A stretch of 63,389 bases of DNA, the filler included, from Hyphochytrium catenoides (Eukaryota > Protista > Hyphochytriomycota): the NCBI GenBank assembly GCA_900088475.1. It is 12 parts of 12 records of this genome, joined end to end, with 100 filler letters (N's around TTAATTAATTAA, not from the genome) between each part and the next. Parts side by side here need not be neighbours in the genome. Positions count along the whole stretch, not along the records: positions 1 to 22,738 come from FLMG01001593.1; positions 22,839 to 26,006 come from FLMG01003964.1; 10 more parts are not named here. One strand, 5' to 3'. Position numbers and translations under genes: made by a program. Position 1 is the stretch's first letter; each line of letters begins with the position of its first letter. Shown piece after piece: positions 12,247 to 23,100 of this stretch. The notes beneath the pieces were generated by a model. It made no database searches. It had not been told where the DNA came from and saw only the letters and a program-made list of their open reading frames with translations.

Positions 12247-15200
12247 ATGAAGAAGACTTTGACGCTAGATTCTGATGATGGTGGAGACGAGGACCTGCAG
12301 CTGTCTATCAACAAGGACTTCGCTAAGAAGTTTGAAGAGAGAAAGAGAAAGCAGGAGCTCGCCCATCTTCGAGAGCAGCTATCTGAAGAAGAAAGCACGT
12401 CTGAGGAAGAAGATGAGGACGGAGAGCTAATTGATGACAAACTGGACAAGGAGATAGAGACAACTCTGCGGCTGATCCGCAAGCGAGACCCTCGGGTATA
12501 CGATAAAAGGACCGTCTTCTATCACGACGGGGCTTCAGGTGAGACAGTTAGAAGAGCCAGAGCAACCTTCTGAAAGGAGCAGGAAAGGGCACATAGCGGA
12601 GGGAGAGATGAAGAAATAGTGAGGAGAGTGCCAACTGTGACTGAGTGAGATAAAAAGCGCCGGAGAATGTAAATAGAGTTAGAAGGGTTTGGTCTAGAGA
12701 GGGAGAGAGGGGAGAGTATATTTATCTAGAAGGAGAGAGGACCGCCAAGGAGTGCGCATTGATACTTAAGGAGAGGCTTGTGACGAGAGGTACAGGAGAG
12801 AAAAGAAGAATGGAGGTAGAAGAGGAAGATCACAGAGGAGAGACACACAAAGTCTAAAGACCTCAGGACAAAGAGCGAAGGAAAAGGGGGAAAAGAGATG
12901 AAAGGGAAGCGGAGAAAGTTAGGTGGTTGATGCAGGGACGTATATTATAAGACGGCGCTTGCAAGCAAGATTCTGAGCGCTATCATGTCCTTTTCGTCCT
13001 TTTAGTAGAGTCGCAAGAAACTGAAGACTCTTCCTCCACCACCAAGAAGAAGACAAAGAAGGAGAAGCCAAAGTATTATAAGGATGTCCTTCGAGAAAAT
13101 CTGCTTGCCGGCAAAGAAGCAGCAAGTGAAGAAGAGGACGAAGAGGATAAGACCCAGCATACGGCTAGCAGATCACTGACCTATCAGGAGGAACAGGACG
13201 CACTGAAGAGATCCTTTCTCAACAGTGTGAAAGAAGAGTTCGAAAGCAAAGGAGAGAAAGAGGAAGACGAAGAGGAGGATGGCTTGGGAGGAATGTTCAA
13301 GGTTCGAACAAGGGCGGCCACTGAAGAAACTGCACCCTCCACAGAGTCAGGTGGGCGCTGCATCGTAGACGTTCAAGAACTGAAGGATAGAAAACTATAG
13401 ATCCAAAGTGAGGGTATCAGAAAGGAGATGTAGGAAGAGGGCAAAGAGAACGAGAGAGATCGTGCAAAAGTTCACTTCCCATTGTTGGGGACAAAGTGCA
13501 TGATTAAGGTGGCGATGACCAGAGAGTTGAGATCATAGAGTCAAGACTATATCCAGAGAGAATAGGGAAGGCAGACACAGCTGTTGTCGACAGAGAGAAA
13601 GAGGTCAAAAAACAAACAGAAAGATAGGGTTGAATGGCGGGGGCAGCACCAGATTATATGGACCCTTATTAGGCTTTTTACTGTCTCGCAGACGGCACGG
13701 AGGAGCTAGATTCGGACGAGAAATTTCTGAGAGACTATCTGAAGGGCCAGAAGTGGAAGGAGGACGATGTTGCCATTCCAAGGTAAGGCATTTACACCAC
13801 CTCACCGCTCAAAAGCGAGGTTCTTATGCCTTATCCTCTCACTCCTTTGAACCCCAGAATCTCTCCACTTATTTTCTGGCGCTCTTCCCATCCTTGATTC
13901 GTGGCTCTTCTTTCGACATTCCCAGTTCCTTTCTCTTGCTAAGGGCTTACGGGCTATCACTTCTCCGTTTCCCGCGGGAACTGAGCTTGACCTTCTGAAT
14001 CTGAGCTTGCGCCTCCTCAACCCATTCTTTTATTCGTTCTTGCTTCTCTATGCGCTCTCTGTTTTAGACTCATGTCCTCTTTCGATAACGCAGCTACTCG
14101 GAGCTTGTTCAAGAGGCTGATGATGAAGACGATGAGGCGGCGGTAGATGCTGCTGAAGAGTTTGAGAGAGAATACAACTTCCGCTTTGAAGAGGAAGGAG
14201 GAGCCGAGATTCAGAGCTATTCCAGAAATGTCGGAGATTCCCTTCGAAGGAAGGACGAGAAGAGGAAGCAAGAAAGAAAGGAAAGGAAAGAGAGAAAGGA
14301 ACGAGAGAGAAAGCAGAAGGAGCTGGAGCTTCGGCGACTGAAGAACCTTAAGATGCAAGAGCTTGAGGAGAGGCTCCGAAAGCTCCAAGAATATGCGGGA
14401 GAGGATGTGTCTGGTCACATTCCTGAAGATTTTGATCTGGACGAGGAATGGGACCCCGAGAAGCACGAGCAGCAGATGCAGAAGATCTTCAACGACGAGT
14501 ACTATGAGAAAGAAGAGGATAAGGACGCTGTTGGTGCAGAAGCAGAGGAAGACGAGGCGGAATGGGGAGAAGAGAACTACATGGAAGGAGAGGACGAAAA
14601 CTACGAGGGAGAAGAAGCATATGAAGGAGAAGAGGGTGAACATTGGGAAGGAGACGATGGCGGAGAGGAGATGGATGCTTCTAGTATGACTCCTGCAGAG
14701 ATCAAAGCTTTAAAGCAGAAGTATCTGGACGAGCTCTATGGTCTGGACTATGAAGATCTGGTTGCAGGCATGCCGACGCGCTTTAAGTATCGGCAGGTCG
14801 ATGCTAATGACTATGGGCTGACTGTGGACGAGCTGCTGGAGGCGGACGATAAGGAGCTGAAGCAGTATGTGAGCCTTAAGAAGTTGGCACCCTACCGAGA
14901 GCAAGAGTGGTTAGTGCCTAGTACGAAGAGAAGAAAGTTCAAACAAGCGCTACGGAAGAGGCAGCGCGAGGCTCCTCCAGCAACATCAGCACCGGAAACA
15001 TCAGAGAAGAATAAGAAGCGTAAGAACCACGTGCAGGCCGATCAGAAGGACCAGGAGAACAGCAAGAAGAAGAAGAGAAAGCACCAAAAGCAAGAAGAGC
15101 AACAAGAAGAAGGTCGTGGGGAAGGAGAAGCAGAAGCGGAGACAGTGATAGAGAGTAGGAACGAGGAGGAGAAGAATGGCTCTTCAGAGAAGAAGAAGAG

Positions 15201-15300
15201 GAAGCGAAAGAAGAAGAAAAGCGACAAACCTTCTATCCCCTCCTCATCCTCTATCTCCGCCAGCCGACTCAGCACCTACAAATTAAAGCCCCTGTCATAG
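12247..15300 (+). CDS. KRI1: KRI1 homolog (40S ribosome biogenesis factor), 4 coding exons
   Basis: N-terminal LSINKDFAKKFEERKRKQEL and IRKRDPRVYD; central EFEREYNFRFEE; Kri1_C motif LDYEDLVAGMPTRFKYRQVDANDYGLTVDELLEADDKELKQYVSLKKLAPYR; terminal SRLSTY. Exons about 12247-12538, 13008-13350, 13692-13782, 14053-15300. Confidence 0.93.
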
Positions 15301-15812
15301 CCAATAGTGGGAGCTAAGAAACTATAGTTACCCTGAGCCTCTTGGCCTAAAGAGACCTGAAAGAAACAGCTATTCGCTGTCACCTCCTTGTCAGACAATC
15401 AAGGAGAGGGAAGCGCAGGGTGACGATAGGGACGGGACCAAGGTCCTTAATTAGACTTCGCTTCTGGTCTTAGCCCTAACGCATCTTTAGCTTCAACGAG
15501 CCAAGGAAGCCGGGGCGTCCTACGCTATACCGTCAGCCTGCGCTGTCTCTCTCAACACATAAACATTATATATCCTTAACCTCTTCTTGTACATTCAGAA
15601 GGCGGCGGACCTGTCCCCTCCCCTGTTCCGGGGGTAGCTACCGACTCTTCACCGAGCGGCCAGAATTAGAGCACTGCCCATCTTCCGCGTCTTCCACCTT
15701 TCCTTCCAACAACGAGAGAAGTGCTCTCTATACTTAACTCTCAACATCTTTCTCGGACCGTCGTAGAGGCATCTTCAAGTCGCGGACAGCTGTAGACCTA
15801 GACTGCAACTGC

Positions 15813-16077
15813 ACACTTATGACGGCCTTAAACCAAAAGTATGAGAGGCCAGGAGATGGACTTTGGCTGTTGCTCTTGCTCTTGTTGGCTGACTTGGTTT
15901 GTGGCAGTCCTTAGCTCAGAGTACCTTTTTATAGCCTGTTCCTTCACCTCTAGATACTCTAACCATTCACCCTGGGTCCCATTCAACTTAGGCTTCAACG
16001 CCCTGACCTAATCTAAAGCAGCTTCCGCATCTCTTTCTCCTGGTCTCTCATACTTTTGCTTAAGGCCGTCATAGTGT
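15813..16077. repeat. Imperfect ~42-bp inverted repeat with ~180-bp spacer
   Basis: 15813-15856 ACACTTATGACGGCCTTAAACCAAAAGTATGAGAGGCCAGGAGA versus the reverse complement of 16036-16077, ACACTATGACGGCCTTAAGCAAAAGTATGAGAGACCAGGAGA. Confidence 0.85.
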
Positions 16078-16767
16078 TTGCCCACCTCTCCTCTAAGCTG
16101 AGGAGTGGTCCCATATTGCCTTTACCTTGTCCATTATAAAGCGTAGAGCGGTATCTTGAGCCCGTTGAAGCACAGTCTGAACCTTGTGCCCAGGAGAGTA
16201 TCTCTGGGTTCCAGCCTCAGAGACCGTCATCGCCAAGGCCCTTGACTGGTGGGATATTCCGATAGGATCCAAATTTTGCCGTGCCAAGAAAGAGAAGAGC
16301 TGAAGCTTCACCTGGATGGACTCCTCGATAGCGATAGCTGGGAACGGCTTCATAGTTCCCTTTACAATACTGTTTGGTGTATTCAAAGAGGCAATTATAT
16401 GGCGTTATCGGCTAGTGGTGTCAGAATGCACTCTCCTGCGCTTGCGGTTGATGCCTGGAAAAGTCTGTTATTAGTGAAGATGCGAAAGAGACTGCAGAAT
16501 GAGCGCAGAAGTCGAGCTTCCAGATGAAGCTCAATGAGACCCTCGGTCGTTCCTATGGGCCTTCGACAGTTATAAGAGTCGGAAGGGTAGTGTAGAAGGG
16601 GTGAGTTATTGTCTGAAGGCGAAGATCTGAGGGCGTCTAGGTGGTACTTCTGCAGCACGTGACTAGGAAGGGAGGCTAACCATCGGCCAATTTGACATAC
16701 AATAAGCTAAAGCCACAGCTATTTCTCCGACAAGGGCAGTACCAGGAGCCCCAACGCCAAGGGGCCC

Positions 16768-17613
16768 ATGGCCGACAACACGGTTATACCACTCGGCAAG
16801 GATGCTACCAGTAGCCAGGCTGACGCCACCCAGCCTGGTCAAGCTCTCGAGGCCATGAGAAAAGCCGGGGACCTTCTTAAGGAAAATGCACAGATCGTAA
16901 GCCAGCTGCAAAGCCTCAAGGGCAGCAAGAAGGTCGGCAACTCACGCCTCTCTCATTTTTGCCCTTCACTTCTTTCATCAATCGCGGTTCCTGCTTTCGT
17001 CCTGGCTGCACTTTGCTCTCTTGTGAGCTACGTTTTGCTGTCACATAGATAGCCGCCTACTGGCCCGCTACTTCTTCCCTTTCCTTCATTGTGTCTCTAG
17101 ACTCTAGATAATGATGATGCTGTTGCAGGACCAGCTGGTAGGGGAGCCAATGGAGGTGGAAGGAGGATCAGATGTAGAGGAAACGCTTCTAAAGAAGCTT
17201 CATAACAACCTCACTCAGGCAAGCAGCCGCAACTGCTCTTATGAGACTGTCCGCTACCCCTGGCTCCTTGTGACTTATGAAGGCAGCCGCCTTGTTTCGT
17301 CTCTTTTCTCTCTGTCTCCTCCACACACACTCTCTCTCCCCGGTGCCTTGCCTTTGCCACTCCGCATCACGCTGTCCTAGATAAGCCATCGCCTCACCCG
17401 AACTCTGGCAGTTTCTCCTTCTTTCACTGTTCAACACTGGGTCTGTTTCTCTATTTCTCTTGTTACCGTGAGTTCCTCTCGCTTTTGCCCATTTTGTCAA
17501 ATGCACTTCATGCTTCTTCTTCCTCTCTGCCTTCTAACCTATGCACCTCTCTGCAGGTGGTTGGCATCTACAAAGCGTATGGAGACTCTGTCAAGCTGTC
17601 AGCCTCCTCTTGA
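16768..17613 (+). CDS. Small (103 aa) helical-hairpin protein, ELF4/SSXT-like; 3 exons, second intron GC-AG
   Basis: Exons 16768-16932, 17129-17218 and 17557-17613 join in phase 0: ...LEAMRKAGDLLKENAQIVSQLQSLKGSKK|DQLVGEPMEVEGGSDVEETLLKKLHNNLTQ|VVGIYKAYGDSVKLSASS*. Donor CAG|GCAAG, branch-point-like CTAAC at 17534, acceptor CTGCAG at 17556. Confidence 0.6.
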
Positions 17614-18219
17614 AGAAGAGAGATACCCATGAGCGTCCAGGCAATCCCTTCAGCTCCGCCCCGCTATCCCCTCTCGAGTCTCTCTCACTCCTTCCATATC
17701 CCTCACGAAGTTAGGACCTTTTTTGTTATGCACACGCGAGGCGAGGCTTTGTGCTTCTTTATATCCAGTTTCCTGATAACAGAAGGGGAACGAGTGCCAT
17801 AGGGCTCTCCACGACCACCGGAAGAGTAAGCTCAGTTGCAGGAAGGGTGAAGCGTATGAGAACAGTCAGAGACATCAAGGCGTCTACGAAAGAGGTGCTG
17901 GCCCGTAACTTTATGCGTAGAGCATGGCGTATAACATGCATAGAGCTATAGATCCCGAGTATTCGTCTACATAGTTGCCAGTAGTTAGCAGTGTTAAAGT
18001 GACAGACCTCTGCAACAGTGACACTTCGCGCCTGCTTCTGCGGGGAATCTGCGATCTAAGAGCAATATGTGCCTGGAGCTGCTGCTACCAGGTAGCTCCT
18101 AACTGCGAGCAGTCATTGGCCAGCTTGGGAAAAGAACACCAGTAATAAAGAACCGAGTCAGAGTTGACCTTTCAATTATAGAGTTTCTATGGTACAGGAC
18201 GGACTGGGGACGGGCTCTT

Positions 18220-19896
18220 TCACGCGCCGTCGAGCGCCGCAAGAAGCAACTCCTTCTTCCGCTTGAGGACCAGCTCCTGAATCTCACTCTGCAGATAGCA
18301 GCAGATAGATTATGTTAGTGGAGAGAAGTAGTAGAACTTATATGCAAACACTGCCGAAGCTCTATCAATGACAGCGCAGGCTGAAATAGTTGTGTGTGGC
18401 GACGACTGTGCAGGAGTGAGAGAGAGGCAAAAAACTTGGGAGCAGCAGGGAAAGCGGTGGAAACAGGAGGGAGAGCATCTACTTAGTAAGGATGAGGGAT
18501 TCACCTGGTTGGGAAGAGGAACGTGCGATCTGAGGACTGTGCTTCCCTCAGGCACCAGCACCTCTTCTTCTTCCTCCTCACTTGTATCCTCGTCCTCTAG
18601 AGCCTCTTCTAACGTACCGGCTGCCTTGTTTGCCTCCTATTCAAAGATTGGACAACACCAGGCGTTCAATTTGTAGGATAAAGAAGAGGTGCTATCTACG
18701 CTAGTCAAAGAAGAACAGAGGGCTCAAGAGAGTTATGAGAAGGTAACAAGAACCGAGAGAAAAACAGAGCAGAGAGGAGAGAAAGAGGAGTATATGGGCT
18801 TAAGAAAGGACTGAAACAGAAATGGTCCGAGCTTGAAGCCAAAGAGACGAGACAGGGTCCAAGGAGACATCACACCTTGATCTCTAGCCTTCGTTTTTTC
18901 TGCTCATAGTACTTTTCAACCTCTTCTTGCACTAACTGACCCTCTCTCTCCTTCTCTACCGTGACCAGCAGGCCGTCATCTTCATCTCTGTAGCCATAAT
19001 AGTCGGGGTTGATCCCGCGGTACATTTCCTGCCTAAGACCAGACCATCGTAAGGACTAAGTGACCAAAACAAGCGGTAAAGATGAAAGCATGATCCACAA
19101 ATAAGCGGAAGATCGTAGATGTGAAAACGAGGACAAACCCTGACGAGCTCGGAAGAAAGTCCCACCCGCGCAGCGATGAGAGATAGGGACAAACATACAG
19201 AGCGACACGAGAAAGAAAGAGTAAGAAGAGAGCATTAGCAGACGAAGATTTTCTCACCTTGTCCGCCTCGGCTTCTGCGGTGCCTGCGCCTCGAATAGTT
19301 CTCTGACGCCCGGAAGGTTCCTCGCCGCACCAAAATATTTATAGCCTCCCGTCGTCTGCCGTGAGCGAGAGATTGTGAGTGAAATAATGGGACTTAGAGA
19401 GAGAGACAGACAGACAGACAGACCGAGACGCAGAACAAGGGTCACACGAAGAGAAGATACGAAGCAGGATAGAGTGGAAGAAGACCATACAAAGAACAGA
19501 TAGAAGTATCAAAGGGTCGGGGACCAGCAGCCACGCGTGGGGCCGATAGACGATGAGAAAGAAAATAAAAACGGGAGAGAGAGAGGTCTTCCTCCTGTCA
19601 TACCACGAGCTCTTTACCATCCGCGTCATAGAACTTCGCTCCCATCTTCGTATAGTCCGCGCCACCCAGCTCCGCGATCCGTTTCTCCCAGAAATACTTC
19701 TCTCTCAGCAGCTTGTTTATCTTATCGTTGAGATCGCGGATGCGATGCTCTCCAAGGGCAGCTGGGATGCGGATAAAGCGGGAGAGTGATAAGCAGAGAG
19801 GAGAAGATTGATAGAAATTGACAGGTCTGCGCGCGCGAGAGAGAGAAAATAGGATGGAGAAAGGTGCGAGCTAGCCCGATACTCGTAGGCTTGGCC

Positions 19897-19956
<60 letters not shown>

Positions 19957-20385
19957 ATGCGTGATGTGTAGGAGCCAAAGAAGGACAGAGAGATTGCGTA
20001 CAATGGAGAGAGACAGAGACATACACATAGACAGCACAGAATCGAGTCTGGGACAGGGAGGAGAGACAAGGGGCAAGAGTCGAGATACGGAGTATAGAAC
20101 CCCGGCAGGCAATGAACAGAAGGACTACCATTTTGAATCTCAGAGACTTTTCTGCCAATCTCTCTCAGCAGTTCTCTTCTCTTCTTCTCGCAATCACTCA
20201 GCGTGGCCGTCTCCGAAGAGAGAAACGACTGACGGCTGTTAAAAGATATAACAGGTAAGCGTGAGACTCCGGACCGAGACGACAAAGGGAAATAGGAGAG
20301 GAAGAGATGTTGAACGAGGGCATCTAAGAGAGAAGCACAGAGGGAGAGAGAGAGACAAAGAGACAGAGAGAAATTGAAAAGAAGA

Positions 20386-20438
<53 letters not shown>

Positions 20439-20692
20439 AGAAATAATGAGAAAGGGAAAACGACAGCGAGTTGGATTAGAGGAGGGATAGGGAAAAGAGG
20501 CCAAAGAAAGTAGAAGACGAAAGAGCGAGAGACGGAGAAGAAAGAAAGATTTAACGAGCAAACAAAGGAAGAGACACGCTCCGCAACTGTCCCCAATCCT
20601 CCCATTCTCTCTTACCCTCCCTTCGCGTCCTCAGCTTTCAAGCTCGTCCAGCGGTTGAGCAACGATTGTGCCTTCTCCTCATTTCTCGCCAT
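18220..20692 (-). CDS. ISY1: Pre-mRNA splicing factor ISY1 (NTC/Prp19-associated)
   Basis: MARNEEKAQSLLNRW start; REIGRKVSEIQN; LGEHRIRDLNDKINKLLREKYFWEKRIAELGG; GYKYFGAARNLPGVRELFE; DYYGYRDEDDGLL; HVPLPNQSEIQELVLKRKKELLL C-terminus. About 7 exons. Confidence 0.95.
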
Positions 20693-21580
20693 TCTTCCTT
20701 AAGCTGAGAGACAAGCACGTTGGCTTCTCTTTCTCAACCTTCTCCTTGCCTTTGTGGTCTCTCTTTCTCTCTCTCTCCTTCTCTGGGTCTTTTCCTCTTT
20801 CTCTCTCTTTCTCTCTCTGCTGCGGATCTGGGTTTTGCGCTTGGTCTCTCCTGGTGATGCTTGTCGAGAAGTTTCTTGACTCTTCAGCGCGGCGCACCGC
20901 TTCAAATGTTTGGTGTGTCCCGCGTACGTCCTTGGGAGCTCTGTCTTTCTTGCTTTATCCCGTTTCTTAGCTTCTCTCTTCCCCTCGTCCCTAGAGATCG
21001 TCCTCGTCTTCTAGACTCTGTTTCTCTCTTTCCCTCTCTTTGTCTCTCCTTTCGCGCTGGCTGTCTCTCTCTCTCTTGTCGCTCATTCAGTACTTCTGTC
21101 ACGGAAAGGCAGACACAGATCAACAGGCTCGGAGGAATGCATGAGTGCATGAGAGAGATCAACCTAACGCCAGAGGAGAAGACAGAATAGAATCTACCTG
21201 TAGAGGCTACGGCTTTCGTGGGGAGACAAAGAGAAGAGAGAGAGCAGAGCGAGAGAGCAAAAGGAGAGAGAGAGACAGAGAGAGAGCGACAGAGACAGAG
21301 AGACAGAGCCAGAGAGACAGAGACAGAGACACAGAGACACAGAGAGAGAGACATGAGAGACAGAGAGAGAGACACAGAGAGAGACAGAGAGAGAGACACA
21401 CAGGAAGAGAGAGAGAGGGAGAGGGAGAAGGAGAGAGATGTCTACTATATGAAAGATTTGTGTGGGTGTGGAAACTCACCCTTGGATAGCGGTTAGCGGT
21501 ACTCTGGCTGAGGGCTGAGTGCTGAGTGCTGAGCTTCTGATGATGTGTCTCTTCGTCTTCTGATCAGCCAGCAGGAGCAT

Positions 21581-21634
<54 letters not shown>

Positions 21635-22066
21635 GAGAGGGAGAAAGAGAGAGGAAGATGAAGATGAAGCGCTAAAGGACAGTGGGGCACCAAGAGAACA
21701 CTGGACTGGGTACCTGACTGACAGACAGCACCATCAGCAAGCTGGAAGAAGAAAAGAGGAAGGCGACAGTAATGGAACGATGGCGCGGTTCCTACTCAGG
21801 AGAGAGAGGCCCGAGGGCGTCTGCTGCTCGTTGGAAGACAAGGCGAGGAATATTGGAAGGCACCTGTGGAAAGGAGAAAGGGTCGGAAGGAGAGGAGAGG
21901 AGGCCGGAAGAAAGATAGCACCCCGATAACGGAGGAGAAGGAGGAGAAACAGACAGAAACAGAGAGTCTGAGACAGCGGGAGAGAGAGAGACAAGGAGAG
22001 AGAGAGAGAAGAGAAGACCAGATTGAGGTGTCAGGAGCGGTTGAATAGCGAGCAGGACCGAGGAGA

Positions 22067-22295
22067 ATGGATCGGAAGGGAGAGCCTCTGTTCATCCCTG
22101 GGGAAGGACTCTCAGCGGAGCCCAAACAGGCCGTTGAGCTAGCTCGACCACAGAAGAAAGAACCGCTTCTCTTTCTATCTCCGGGATCATCTTCCCTTCC
22201 CGCTTCGGAGAAGCTACCGGCTTTTCCCGAGACAGGAGATGGAAGGTCAGATAGTTTGAAGGCTCCGCTCACTTCTCTCGCTCTCGCTCTCCTCT

Positions 22296-22330
<35 letters not shown>

Positions 22331-22738
22331 TATCTCGTAACCTTTGTCGTACATTTCTCGATCTTTTCCCTTGAAACTCTCCCGCATCCTGGCAGTACCT
22401 TTGTTCTTAAGTCCCTCTCCATAAGTGCTCTTTTCCTTTCAAGCTTTGAAGCTGCGGTTCTTCCTAGCGTCATTCCTTCTTCCCTGACTTGCGCGCCGCT
22501 CGCATCCGCCCTGCAGGATCATTGAAGACACCTCGACTCTCGTTGCTGATGTGAAGGAGAAAGAGGCTCCTCTGCAGAAGGCACCGAACAGAGACAAAAG
22601 AAACGAGAAGAAAGATGACCGAAGGAGTGTCAGGACACCGGAGGATAGCGAGAGAGAGACGGCGATGAGCAAAGAGCAGAAAGCAGATCTCCGATCTCCA
22701 GTGCTCTCCCTTCATCTCTCACCTGGCCAAGACCATAG
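22067..22738 (+). CDS. 5' part of a hypothetical low-complexity protein, truncated by contig end
   Basis: ATG at 22067 (MDRKGEPLFIPG...), donor AG|GTCAGA near 22245, CT-rich intron, acceptor CTGCAG near 22515, then an open frame (IIEDTSTLVADVKEKEAP...) to the gap. Confidence 0.4.
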
Positions 22739-22838
22739 NNNNNNNNNNNNNNNNNNNNNNNNNNNNNNNNNNNNNNNNNNNNTTAATTAATTAANNNNNN
22801 NNNNNNNNNNNNNNNNNNNNNNNNNNNNNNNNNNNNNN
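22739..22838. other. Artificial contig spacer N-TTAATTAATTAA-N (first of 11)
   Basis: The same six-frame-stop 12-mer sits inside N runs at ~22783, 26051, 31141, 33285, 34580, 46249, 49323, 50726, 55988, 60555 and 61863. Confidence 0.97.
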
Positions 22839-22839
22839 T

Positions 22840-23100
22840 CTGTGCTGGTGGGCACCGCCTTTTCCTTTGATCAATTGGACCTTAAAAAAGATCAAACAAC
22901 AAGACGGAGCTCAGGGCATCATCGTCTGCCCCGAATGGCCAAGTGCAATATGGTGGCCAGTGCTGCTGGAACTTAGTGACAAAAGAGCGTCCGTCAGAAC
23001 CCAATGCGTCACATGGCACGAATCACATCCAAAATTACCAAGCAACGCTGCTGTCCCATCATCATGGCCTCTCATCGCCTGCAGGATTGGCGTCAACAAG
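22840..23100 (+). mobile_element. Fragment of a DIRS-like (tyrosine-recombinase) retrotransposon pol, C-terminal methyltransferase-like domain
   Basis: LCWWAPPFPLINWTLKKIKQQDGAQGIIVCPEWPSAIWWPVLLEL matches the W/Y-A-x-PP-F...L-x-K-I...iiv-x-P-x-W-P...W-w-P-x-L pattern that follows RNase H in DIRS elements. Confidence 0.7.

Noticed and set aside
769-21929. Many SLSLSL / ERERER ORFs in the ORF track
   Set aside because: Translations of (CT)n/(GA)n tracts in introns and UTRs, which lack stop codons.
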